A program made the translations under genes and the position numbers. Positions 27,962 to 39,500 of a stretch of DNA of 64,000 nucleotides are shown here, in pieces. The stretch covers positions 67 through 64,066 of the forward strand of contig JBPOIO010000001.1 of assembly GCA_052034405.1 (NCBI GenBank). The letters run 5' to 3'. How positions within the stretch are numbered: position 1 is the stretch's first letter; the number at the start of each line of letters is the position of its first letter. The DNA comes from Candidatus Magasanikiibacteriota bacterium (GTDB taxonomy: Bacteria; Patescibacteriota; Patescibacteriia; Magasanikbacterales; UBA922). Under the pieces are notes generated by a model, which searched no databases, had not been told where the DNA came from, and was given only the letters and a program-made list of their open reading frames with translations.

Positions 27962-29176
27962 CTAAAGGGTTGAAGAGACAGTACTACTGTTCGTCGATAA
28001 AACATTACTCAAAGTACTTGTTAGGGTATTTGTACTTACTCCTGGTAAAATAATTTGGGCTGGAATTTCTATATTGGTTTTACCACTTCGAAAACTTTGC
28101 AACAATACATTCATAATATGAGGAAAGGCATTTTTTTCTTGTTCACCGTAAAAATAAACAACAGAATAAATGAATTTTGGAGTCTCAAAAAATCCTACTT
28201 GATTATCGCCACGTCTATATCCTGTTACTTGAAAACGATTTTGAAAAGATGAAAAAGCTGTAAAATTTTCTCCTGGCAAGTTACTGGCAAACCAACTTGC
28301 AAAAGACATTCCTTCGTCTTTTGGAAATACTCGAATTTCCATATAGTCTCCACTGTCGGCACTGAGCAAAACATCTTGCAAATCATTGGCTACAGGATCT
28401 ACTCTCCATGAAGATGGATAATAAAAACGATATTGATACGTAGGATTGATATACTCTTTCACCAACCCAGAATCAATAATTTTCTGAGGGGCAATCCCCT
28501 TTGGATTATACAAATTTGCTACTTCTTGACCATCATAATAACCATCTCGATCCGTATCATATACCTCTGGATCACTCAAAAAAATTTCTTCTTCTAAGTT
28601 TGTCAGAGTATCCGCATCTGAATCTTTGGAAGGTGCATAGGAAAGATGAGGAAGGATCAAAGATCCACCACCTCGAACAATTGGAGTTGAACTTGGAGTA
28701 CTACTCACAATTTCAATTGGAGCAGTGCTTGTCACAACAGGAAGTGTCACAATAGGCGAAGCTTGAAATGGCACAACACTTGTAAGCGTAGAAGGAGAAT
28801 TCGTATTTGTATCTTTCGGAGCCAAAACCATAAAATAAACCAGCGCCCCAATTCCCAAAAGGACCAACAAAGCAAGAAGGATAAAAATCATTTTTTTGGA
28901 CCCCGCAGCAGGTTTTTGCAAAGGCTTTTGCAGTGCTGCCTTTGGCGCTTGTACTCCTGGCTTTGGAGTAAGAGATGCACTTGGAGTAACAGCCGCAGCT
29001 TGTGGTGGTTTTGCTGCAAGAACTGGCTTTTTGACAAGAATAGATGCTGCTGTTTTTTCACTTTGATCTGGATAAATAACCGGATCAGAACCAGCATAAA
29101 AAGCACCCGGCATAGTTTCTATGCGAGCAGTAATAACAGGTGGCGGCGTTGTGTTATTTTCTTTTTTTCCAAACAT
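27962..29176 (-). CDS. Membrane-anchored surface protein with Pro-rich N-terminus, single TM, and C-terminal domain carrying a thrombospondin-type-3-like Ca-binding motif (paralog 1 of 3)
   Basis: TM helix MIFILLALLVLLGIGALVYFMVLA. Motif YDTDRDGYYDGQEVANLYNPKGI. Confidence 0.6.
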   Translation of the reverse strand: MFGKKENNTTPPPVITARIETMPGAFYAGSDPVIYPDQSEKTAASILVKKPVLAAKPPQAAAVTPSASLTPKPGVQAPKAALQKPLQKPAAGSKKMIFILLALLVLLGIGALVYFMVLAPKDTNTNSPSTLTSVVPFQASPIVTLPVVTSTAPIEIVSSTPSSTPIVRGGGSLILPHLSYAPSKDSDADTLTNLEEEIFLSDPEVYDTDRDGYYDGQEVANLYNPKGIAPQKIIDSGLVKEYINPTYQYRFYYPSSWRVDPVANDLQDVLLSADSGDYMEIRVFPKDEGMSFASWFASNLPGENFTAFSSFQNRFQVTGYRRGDNQVGFFETPKFIYSVVYFYGEQEKNAFPHIMNVLLQSFRSGKTNIEIPAQIILPGVSTNTLTSTLSNVLSTNSSTVSSTL

Positions 29177-29178
29177 AC

Positions 29179-30093
29179 TTAGAGTTGAATTTGTCCAGGA
29201 ACTTGAAGTGTTGAAGTACTTGTAGATGTTGCTGACAAAACAGAACTTGTGGAAATTGGAGCTACACCAAAAGAAGACGCTGTACTCGTTGAGGAAGTGA
29301 CAATGGTAATCAAAACAGGTACTGTACTTGAAGAAATACTACTCATTTCAGTAAGACGACCCGAACCATTTGGATTATAACCAGATTTTATTTCAGCCCC
29401 ATCTTTATAAGTATCCCCATCTGTATCTGAATTTTTTGGATTTGTATGCCAAATTAAAATTTCTTCGCCATCAGATAAATCATCACTATCCGAATCCCAG
29501 TTATTTGGATCTATTCCCAGTTCTTTTTCTCGATCGTCTTTGAGACCGTCACCATCACTATCGGCTACTTCACCCACAATAATTTCACGATCCACAGCAT
29601 CCGAAGACGTAGGTACAGTATCAAGAGAAGTAGTACTACTCACCGATACAAGATCAGCAGAGTTATTAAGAGCCGGAGCTGTATCAAGTGGAATAATAGC
29701 TGTATCTGCTGGTTTTTTTGTAAACAAAGTATATACAAACCAAGCAGAACCGAGCAAAACACAGGCAATCACCAAAGTCATAATAGTGACCATAATACCA
29801 TGACTCAACTTTGGTTCTTTCAATGTATTTTCAGATCCCATAATAACCGGAGGAGTCTCAATATTATTCATGGGAGGAACATTTATAGGAGCCTTTGGAG
29901 TCAAAATTCCAGCAGTGAGAGCAGAAGATGAAGACGAAACAGGAGGAATAGCCGCCATACTAGCAGGAGCAGGAGCCAAAGGTTCTGCATTCTCTGTTCC
30001 CTCAAAAATATCCGGTGGTTCCCCAAGTGGAAGATTGGAAGGTACAGAAGCTTGTGGAATTGATGGATGATCGTCAAACATACGAAGATACAC
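29179..30093 (-). CDS. Membrane-anchored protein with S/T-rich linker and tandem DxDxDG (TSP3-like) Ca-binding repeats ending GYNPNGSGRL (paralog 2 of 3)
   Basis: DSDGDGLKDDREKELGIDPNNWDSDSDDLSDGEEILIWHTNPKNSDTDGDTYKDGAEIKSGYNPNGSGRL. Confidence 0.6.
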   Translation of the reverse strand: MYLRMFDDHPSIPQASVPSNLPLGEPPDIFEGTENAEPLAPAPASMAAIPPVSSSSSALTAGILTPKAPINVPPMNNIETPPVIMGSENTLKEPKLSHGIMVTIMTLVIACVLLGSAWFVYTLFTKKPADTAIIPLDTAPALNNSADLVSVSSTTSLDTVPTSSDAVDREIIVGEVADSDGDGLKDDREKELGIDPNNWDSDSDDLSDGEEILIWHTNPKNSDTDGDTYKDGAEIKSGYNPNGSGRLTEMSSISSSTVPVLITIVTSSTSTASSFGVAPISTSSVLSATSTSTSTLQVPGQIQL

Positions 30094-30107
30094 TAAAATT
30101 GAAAGAC

Positions 30108-30572
30108 TTATGGTGTTGTTAATTTGCCAGAACCATTTGGATTATAGCCCTTAAAAACTTCATAGCCATCACTATAGCCATCTGCATCACTATCTGCTTT
30201 TTTTGGATCTGTTTTCCAGACATCAAGTTCGTCAGCATCCGAAAGCCCATCACCGTCACTATCAAAATCACGATTACTGAGTCCCAATTCTTTTTCTTTT
30301 TGGTCATCAACCCCATCACGGTCTTTATCATTTGGAAAAGGATCTACAACAACAGTACTACTTACCGTATCAAGAGAGCTTGTACTTGAAACATTTTCTG
30401 TATTTTGAGATGTATTATTTGATCCTGTTTTTGTATTTTTCTTTTGTACAAAAAACACGACAAGTCCAATAAGCAGTAAGACAAAAAACACGACAAGACC
30501 AATAAGCAGCAACTTTTTTCTAGATGAGCCTTCTGGTGAAATAGGAATTTGAGAATAATTTGCTTCTATCAT
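30108..30572 (-). CDS. Membrane-anchored protein with tandem DxDxDG (TSP3-like) repeats ending GYNPNGSGKL (paralog 3 of 3)
   Basis: DKDRDGVDDQKEKELGLSNRDFDSDGDGLSDADELDVWKTDPKKADSDADGYSDGYEVFKGYNPNGSGKL. The TM region carries an in-frame 33-bp tandem duplication. Confidence 0.6.
   Translation of the reverse strand: MIEANYSQIPISPEGSSRKKLLLIGLVVFFVLLLIGLVVFFVQKKNTKTGSNNTSQNTENVSSTSSLDTVSSTVVVDPFPNDKDRDGVDDQKEKELGLSNRDFDSDGDGLSDADELDVWKTDPKKADSDADGYSDGYEVFKGYNPNGSGKLTTP
30451..30516. repeat. 33-bp x2 in-frame tandem duplication inside the TM segment of the 154-aa gene (LLIGLVVFFVL/LLIGLVVFFVQ)
   Basis: aaaaaacacgacaag[t/a]ccaataagcag[t/c]aa appears twice in tandem. Confidence 0.8.
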
Positions 30573-30589
30573 AATATAATTATATCACA

Positions 30590-33500
30590 CTATCGTTCAC
30601 GATTACATGGTTCACCAGGAACACGGCACAAAACGTCAGCAAATGATGTATCAACAGCACCATTTGGAAATTCAGTATTAAAGCCTGCTTCGTGAATTTG
30701 TCTCACTTCATATACACGATTTGCATTTTTTACCAAATTAAATACATGCCAATATTTTGCTATACCAGCATTCGCACTCGCAGTCGCACTACGAAGTGTA
30801 TATACATGTGTTGGCAAGTATAATGAAGATTCAGGGATTTGATCAGCTCTGTATTCATATATTTCTACCGTAACATCCAAATTATCAAAGGCAGAAATTG
30901 GTACGGTACTACTTCCACTAATAACTTCTACAAAGACTGCGTATGGAGAATTGTAATAACCATGATCCAATAAGCCCATACTATCCCCTGTTATAATTGT
31001 AGAAGCTTGTGCAGAAACACTCTGTAATGTTCCAGAATCATGCACAAATACAGATCCCTGAGTAATAAGATCTTGAGGGTTTCCATAAAAATCTTCACAA
31101 GCATCAGGTTGCCAATAATTAAAGATATTCAATCGTGCAAGATCCGCAATTTCAGCATTATTTAAACCATTATATACAGAAGTCATTCGAGAACAAAGAA
31201 AATTACGTCCACGATTTGCTCTATTACTCGAAAGAGCTTTCAATACATCAACACTCGCTGCAAAACGTTGTTCGGTTGTAGCATTAGCCCGCGCAGCATT
31301 TCCCAAAAAGTCGCGGTTATAAATCACAGGCGCAAAACTTACATCTGGTCCATCGGCGAAATGTTTCCATTTTACTACGACACGAAAAGTTCCCTGTGGT
31401 ACAGCTGGAGAAAGAACGAATTCATTGGCAATAGTTGTAAGTTCTGCATTTACAGGATATGGAAAAAATGATCCATACCGTTCATATTGCTCTTTAGCCC
31501 CAGCAACAGATAATTTTGTACTGATACTTGCATCGCTGCGATTTCCATTGAATTTGTCTGCTGTTACATCATCAAGATTAAAATAGGTTGCATATTGATC
31601 ACTACAGAGCAAATTTGTCTCAAGTCCACGAGCAATCGTTACTTTATTGGCACTCCAAGGACCAGCCTGCCGAGCAGAAGTTTTGTATCCATAATCACGA
31701 GCAAATGGAAAATTATGAATATTTGAAAGTAACCAAAATGATTGATTATAATCGGTTGTATTTACCCCCATTTCATAATTATGCCAACGAGTAGCAGCCG
31801 GCGCACTTGGATCTTCTTGAATAAAAACATTTTCGTTCTTCCAAGCCTCACTTCCACCGAGCGCTAATACTCCAGAAGCTGATGTTTTACTATTCACACG
31901 AAGCAAATAACGAGAAACAGAATTTGCCCAAGACGTATTTACATTATTTGCTCCGGGATTATTGATATCTTGTGGAGTCAAAACATTCAAGACAGCAATC
32001 TTTGGAGTAGCTTTTCCTCTATTATCTGAAGTTGTACAACTCACACAATTTGTCACCAAATTTTGACAATTATTTTCACATGTATAGGTTCCCCTATCAG
32101 CACAAATTGCAGGACGGTCGTCATTATTATAGAAAATTCTTAATGCTGTAGTATTTGCATTTGCAGGAGCATTATTTCCACCAGGAATAATTACTTGATT
32201 GGTAACAGGATCAATATCACAAACCTCTGGCTGTGCGACATTATTTATCTTTGAAAGACGAGAATCAATATCAATTTTACCATTTCCACAACTATCCAAA
32301 GGATCTTGAGTAAGTACTTTCTTACAATCACCAGAACAATAAGTGCAAGTTCGGCCATATTCCGACTCACAAGCTTGACCATTACTTGCCCCAGTATCAC
32401 AAACTTCCCCAGCATCTACAACAGCATTTCCGCAAGAACCAGCAACAGCTACCTCAGCGACAACATTGGGACGTAAACCATCACAGTGAATACGAACATC
32501 TTTATTAAGAGATGAATTCAAAATTTGTGCACATTGATCACCTGCGAGTGCTACCCAACCAAGATCCCCTACTACACCAATATTTCTTTTGGCTACAGAT
32601 TGACACTCAAGTCCAAATCCACGACAAATAGCATCCCCCGTAGTATTTATACATTCACTTGTAGTTTGATCATTATACGTAATTTTGACCAAAGTATCAT
32701 CTGTTCCAGGAGCGTTTCGATCAAAATGTGAAGTTGGATCTGTATGATCAATTGAAATTTGAGCTTGAGGAATTTGCTGAGCACAAGCAATATTCTCTAC
32801 TTGACAGAATTTACTGCAACCATCAAGACGATTGGTATTCCCATCATCACAAGTTTCATCAGAAATTTGAAGAATAGAATCTCCACAATAACCTCCACGA
32901 GCTTGACAATCCAAAGAACAAGATAATTGTTGTGTAATATAATAAGTTGGGTCATTAACAGAAACACAAGTATCACCAACATTTGGACAAGAAAAATTTG
33001 GACCAATACATATTGTACCGGATTTTTTACAATAACCAAAATTTACAAACGCAGGGTCAGCTTTATCACAATTTTCCAAAGAAGCTTCATTCGGATCTTT
33101 TACCCCATTATGGTTTTGGTCGTTAAAATTTATAATGGCATCACCACAAAATCCAGCATTGATATGAGCCGCATCATTTTGTGGTCCTGGAGGAGTACAA
33201 GCCAAAGAACAATGACCGTAACTACCATTGAGATTTCCGTCGTCACAAGTTTCACCCGCATCAATATGTCCATTTCCACAATTTGCATTGGCTCGACAAA
33301 CAGGAGCATCATACTGACAAGCGGCATTACAAGTATGATACGCTGTTTCACCCTGTCCACAAACAAGACCTGCTGCCCCACCCGCAACAGATGAAGTTCC
33401 TGGAGGATCACAAGCTTCACCAATATCTCGAATACCATTTCCACAGTTTCCAGCTACAGGTCGCAAAACTTCGAGACCTTGTTCACCACAAGAAGAGAGT

Positions 33501-36500
33501 GAAGTACTATAATGTGTTGTAGAAACCATTCCTTGGATAATACCTCGCTGATTAGCATTATTCATGTCAAAATATTCAAGAGGCAAATAGAGAGAATAAT
33601 GATTTGCATCAACTCCTTTATATTCAAGGACACTTGACTGAGCAGGGCAACTAAATGTTGCATCAGTACTATTCCAACAAGTCTGACTATCATCTGGTAA
33701 AATACATTTTGCAGGAGCAGCACCACAATCAGTATCTGTAGAACAAGCAACTTGACGACCGTTTTGTAAAGCTTCACAGTGTCCACAAGCACTCCATTGA
33801 TTCAATTCTGGCTCTGCTACATTACCAACAGCAGTAAGCAAACGTCCCCATGATGGCCAATGAGTATTGGTATAACCTGGGATATACGTACCTGCTGGCA
33901 AAAGTGGATAGGTACCATTTGCACTACGATAATCTTCGATTTTGTTTTCCAAATTCTGGATAGTATTGAGACGACTCCAATCTCTTTGAAATTTGCTTTT
34001 TGCATTTGCACAAATTCCATTTGTTGTTGACGTTGGAGTACCCAAGATCGTACGACACTCAAAATCATTTGTACAAGAGACAGAACTTACAGGAAGACTG
34101 TTAATATTTGCTGGAACATACTGACCAGCATCTCCATTTCCAGAAAGACAACTTTGTCGTTCAGAAATATTGATATTGAATATAAAGTGAGCCATGAATT
34201 TTTCCAAAACCTGTCTTGTATTTGCCTGAGCATCAGAATTTATACCAATCAAATAAATATAATTATGTACTGTTTTATCCTCAAGTTCATTGAGTACATT
34301 AATATAAGTATTATTTCCATCACTTATAGCATCATAACCATCTACAATAATGTCACGATATTTTTCAATTCCAGAAAAACCTTGCTCAATAAACCACTCT
34401 CGAGCTGAAGAACGATTTCCATTGGCAAAAACCTGAATACCAATAACATCATCGTTTTTATCATTGAAGAACAAGAATTTTTTGAGGGTTCCCTCTGGAA
34501 GATTGCTGTTGACAGCAGGTGCAACCCCAAGACACTGCTGTTGTCTAATTTGATTGAACGCGAGAATACCACGACATTCACCAACATTGTGACAAACTTT
34601 TCCATCAACACTACAATGGCCAACACTAGCCGCCAAATTTCCTTGAACCATAGGTCGCAAAAGTGGAAGGTCATCTGTTTTATCTCCAGAATTACCACTA
34701 TCCGCACAATAACCTGTACTAAAATTAAGGCTTACGAGTTTTCCACCCAAATTGATTTTTGGAATAGAAGCTCCATCAAAGATTTTTTTACTAAGATTGA
34801 AATGATCGTTATTGAAATTTCCAGCACCCAAACTTACACCATCTTCATATGGATAAGTAATTTGTGTTGGCCATGGATTTTCACAGAACATAGCAGTAAG
34901 ATTGCTTAGTCCAGCAAAAACACGACCAGTTTCTACATTTGTAGTATCAGCAGTAATAGCTATTTGTGCAGAAGCGACAATTGTACCTTCAAGATCTTTT
35001 GATGAAATTCTAATTCTATCAGTATTTACAATAGCAGGAAAAGTAAACAGACTATTATTACGAGGTTCCCAAGACCACTGCCAAGCATAACTTGGAGTAC
35101 TCACAATAAGAGCCCCCGTAGTACTTTTTACAGAAGCCACGAAGTCATGATTTGTATTGGGACGAGTAAATAAGTAACTTGAAGGATCAATATCAACGTC
35201 CTGAACTCGACAGATTTGACTTCCTGTTTCAAAAACAAAGATATCATCTGTGTGGAAACGATTGTTGTTATTCAAAAATACATTTCCTTGAATACCCACA
35301 CCATTTATATCTCGAATACCGCTATTTCCTCCACGAAGTACCACTGCATAAATAGTATTTGCTTCAAGAAGATCATTGACAGTAATATTCATACGAGTAG
35401 TCGTCGGAGCTCCTACATGTTCTAGTGGAATCACATCGATTTTTGGTACAATTTTCCCAGTACACCACACAGTACCTTTATTCGAAATCATATTCACCAA
35501 GTGAACTCCTACCTCAGCATGAACAACAGAGTTGAATACATCCACAAAAAATTGTTTTACATCACTCCAAATTCGAGCAAAAAGACCTGGTACTTGCTCA
35601 CCTCCAGAAAGAGCCAACAATGATCCAATTTCAGAAGTAACTTCTGTTTCATTAGCACTCGCACAGACATAACCTGCAGGATGTAAACTTGCAACAAGCA
35701 CAGAATTTGAAATTGTTTTTTCATCAATTTCACGATTAAATTCTGCAGCAATAAGAGAATTACGACAAACTTTATTGGCCTCCACAACTTCTCCAATACC
35801 AGTACCATTCAAAGGAAGTTCGCTTGTTCGAGTAGGACGAGCTTGACAACAAGAATTTGTACCTACACCCTGATTAGCATCAGGACAGTTATTGCTACGA
35901 GCAACACCATTTTCTACAATCGGAGTAGGATATTCCACATAACCACACTGAAGTGAATAGTCACCTTTTCCAATAATATTTCTCGCACGAAGAGATTCTG
36001 TTGTGGTTGCATTTTTTCGAACTTGAGTTGCTTGGACTTGAACCTTTGCTTCTTGCATCAAAGTAAGAGGATTTACCAAACCTTGACCAATAGCTGTAAC
36101 CACCTGAATAGGATCTTGATCAAATCCAGGATCAGCTACCAGATTAGCAGGTTCACAACGTGGATTTTCACCAAGTTCAGGAAGACCATTTCCACAAAGA
36201 GATGGAGTATCATAAAGTCCGGAAGAACCATGTTTTGTACAGTCACTATTACAACCAGCTGTTCCTGATTCACAACTGAAGTCACTTGAAATATTTGCTT
36301 TTATATCACAGATATTTTGTAAAACACAGCGATTTGTACAAGTAGTAGAAGCAGATGCTACCTCAATAAGGTCAATATTACCATTTGGAAGAACAACTTT
36401 TATGTGACGAGGCTCTGTTGTTTTTTCACATTCTTCACCTGGATCCAAATTTCCATCTCCACAAATAGTTGCAGAATTAAGACATTCAGAGGATTGTTTT

Positions 36501-39500
36501 TGATCACGAGTCAAATTGCTATGATTAGCAGGACAATTTGCTGCTTCACAAAGTGGTGCTTCACAATAAGCACGTGCCATTTTGGTACCAAGATGCAAAC
36601 AATTTTCTGAACAACCAAGAGCCGACCAAGAAGGATGTGCCCCAGCTTCTGCAAGTGAAATACCCAAATCACAATCTTCTCCCAAAAGGGCCAGTCCCCC
36701 ATCAGCAAGTCCAACTTTTCCATTTCCACATTGAAGTGAACCTACAGCATCTGAAAATTTTTGACTACTTCCCTTCCAAGTACAAGTATTTGTACAATAA
36801 TCTTTTTCTCCAGGAATACCAGGATCACATTCTTCACCAAAATTTGGTTCAAGAACTGCATTTCCACACAAACCAAGAACTGATTGATCTGTTGATGTTG
36901 TAAAATGTATATTTCCAGGACGCAAACAATTCAAAGTACAACTTACACCTGGAATTTCTCCAAGAGTTGCAACATCACAATCTTCCCCAGGATCAACTTG
37001 GGAATTCCCACAAAGATATGCTATTTGACCAAAAGGAATATCACTTCCAGCAGGAAGACAATTTCCACTACAATAAGCATAAGGACTTCCTTTGGTAGAA
37101 AAACCAGTTGTTGTTGCTACTTGCTGAGCTTCATTAACAGGAAGATCATCGGCACCTAATACAGTCCAATTCCAACCATAAGCCCAAGGATTCAAGCGCT
37201 GCCCAAGAGGACTACATTGATCTGGAGCACTCAGTGGTGATGCACCATACGCAGTTTTTTGACCAACAAGACTTGCTACAAAAGGACTTGGAACGACATC
37301 TACTTTATCCAAAATACAAATACCATCTTTTTCTTTTGTACGGAATTTCCAAACTTTTGGAGCAACTGCTTTTCCATCAATAGCTTGACCTCCAAGAGTA
37401 CCACCAAAAGCAATAACTTGATCGGTTAATGTAACTTGATACAAAGTATTCACATCCAAAGTTCCATCGACTGTAATTTCATATTGAAAAGGATCAAAGG
37501 CAGCAGCATTCACATCATGAAACGCCAAAGGTGCTTCTGGATTTTGACAATTTTCACCTATATCAAGTGGACCTGCACATTTTTGTACTTTCAAAGCACC
37601 ATGATAGGTATTGGTTTTCATTGGGAGATTGAATCTCACACCAATATTTACATTAGTACAAGACTGGTTACACTGTGGCCACCATTGTACTGCTTTTGGA
37701 TCACCAGGTTGTATAAACAAATTACTACTTCCTGTTACAACTTTATGAACACCATCAACTACAGTATCAGCAGAAGCAGTAATTACAACAGGGTCATTAG
37801 CAGTATTTTTGAGAGCAGTAACCGTAGCACGAATACTATCTGCATACAAAGAACTTGTTGTTGGAACATCTTTTTTGTCAGAACGAACAGCATATGCCAT
37901 ATCAGATAAGAGATCTTCTTCATTACCCTGTCTTGGTTTCCATTCAAAACCTTTTCCATTTACATCAACAACACTACAAGCTTGGCTTCCTCTTCCCCAA
38001 ACAAAGTAGTAAAAAGGATGTGCTGGAGCATCAAAATTGTCTGACAAAGGAAATGCTGGATTCTGAACCATTCCCAAAAGATGCGTTGTGTATTCTGGTG
38101 GGGTAATAGCCGCACCAAAAAGTGAACATGCTGCATTACTTGTTTTGAAATCAAAATTATAAGCAGCAGTAATTCCATTTACTGGAGCTGGCAAAGTTCT
38201 CTGCAAAGATAAAGGCGATGTATTTATTTTATTATTTCCAAATTCAACAAGACCTGGTTCATTGGCATGAAGTGTATTTCCCAAAATAACACGATGCCAA
38301 GTACCTGCTCTATGAGATGCTCCAGGAGCAAGTCTCAATTCCAAAATATCTGTTTGATTTCCTCCCAAAAATCCTACACTATATTGTCCTGTTACATCAT
38401 CAGCAGGAAGATATTTACAATCAGGTTTATCACCTTGTCCACAGGTATACACACGTACCGCAGAGTTCAAATTTACTTCAGACATGTGCATATTAAATTG
38501 CACCGTGATAATACTGTCAGTACAAGCATCCCCTACTCCCCAATTTTGCCAAGGTGAAGGTGAAGGACGAACAAAATTATCGATATTCAAATCTTGCCAG
38601 TCTGCAATATTACAAGCTTCAAGAACACGAGGAACATGTGGAATAAGCCCTGTGGTAAAACGCCAAACATAACCAGCCGAACGAGTTTCGCCCACACAAG
38701 CAAAAGCCTGAGGTTTCCACAAACCTTTTTCAGGACCATTTGTACAACATTGATAACCTACTCCAGGGGCATCTCCACCCAAAGTACAATCTGCAACATT
38801 ATATTGAACACTATTACTAAACTCATTTCCAGCACGAGCAAGAATTGGACCCGTAATCATAGAAACACCGGTGTTGTCAACAGGAAGCACGGTTTCAATG
38901 GTTGTTCCATCATTGGAGACACGACGGATGACATTATTGCCAAGCGGATCTTTATTATTTGAAGAAGTAAGCCAACGAGAATTTATACTCCAAAAATATA
39001 ACTCTGGATTTTGTGTCAAATTAATACCGGTAAGAATCAAAGGTGAAGCATTATTTGGAAGAGGTGCTACTCCAATATTTGGATTGATACGACAAAGCCC
39101 AGGAAGTGGATTTCCAGGAAGAAAAGTAATATTACTTGTTCCATCAGAATGATGATTAGAATCGTTTTTTACAACAACATAATACTTTCCAAGTTGGATT
39201 CCAGATGGAATTTTTCCAATAATTTGATTATCACTCCAAGTATCTCCACAGGCTTCTGGCAAAGTTGCCAAATCAAGACGTGCACAAGCAGCTTCAACAG
39301 CAGCATCTGATGTTCTTGCACAATTGAGTGCCGCATCTGCACTTGCTGCTATATATACCACTCCATGTCCACCAAAACGAGCACCGCTAATGGTAAGCAA
39401 ACTTCCAAGAGTAGAGGTCTGCGAAGGAGAAAGTGCATCAATATGTGGGACAAGATCAGCATCTCTATCAACAACAATAAATTCAACACCATTGGTAAAA

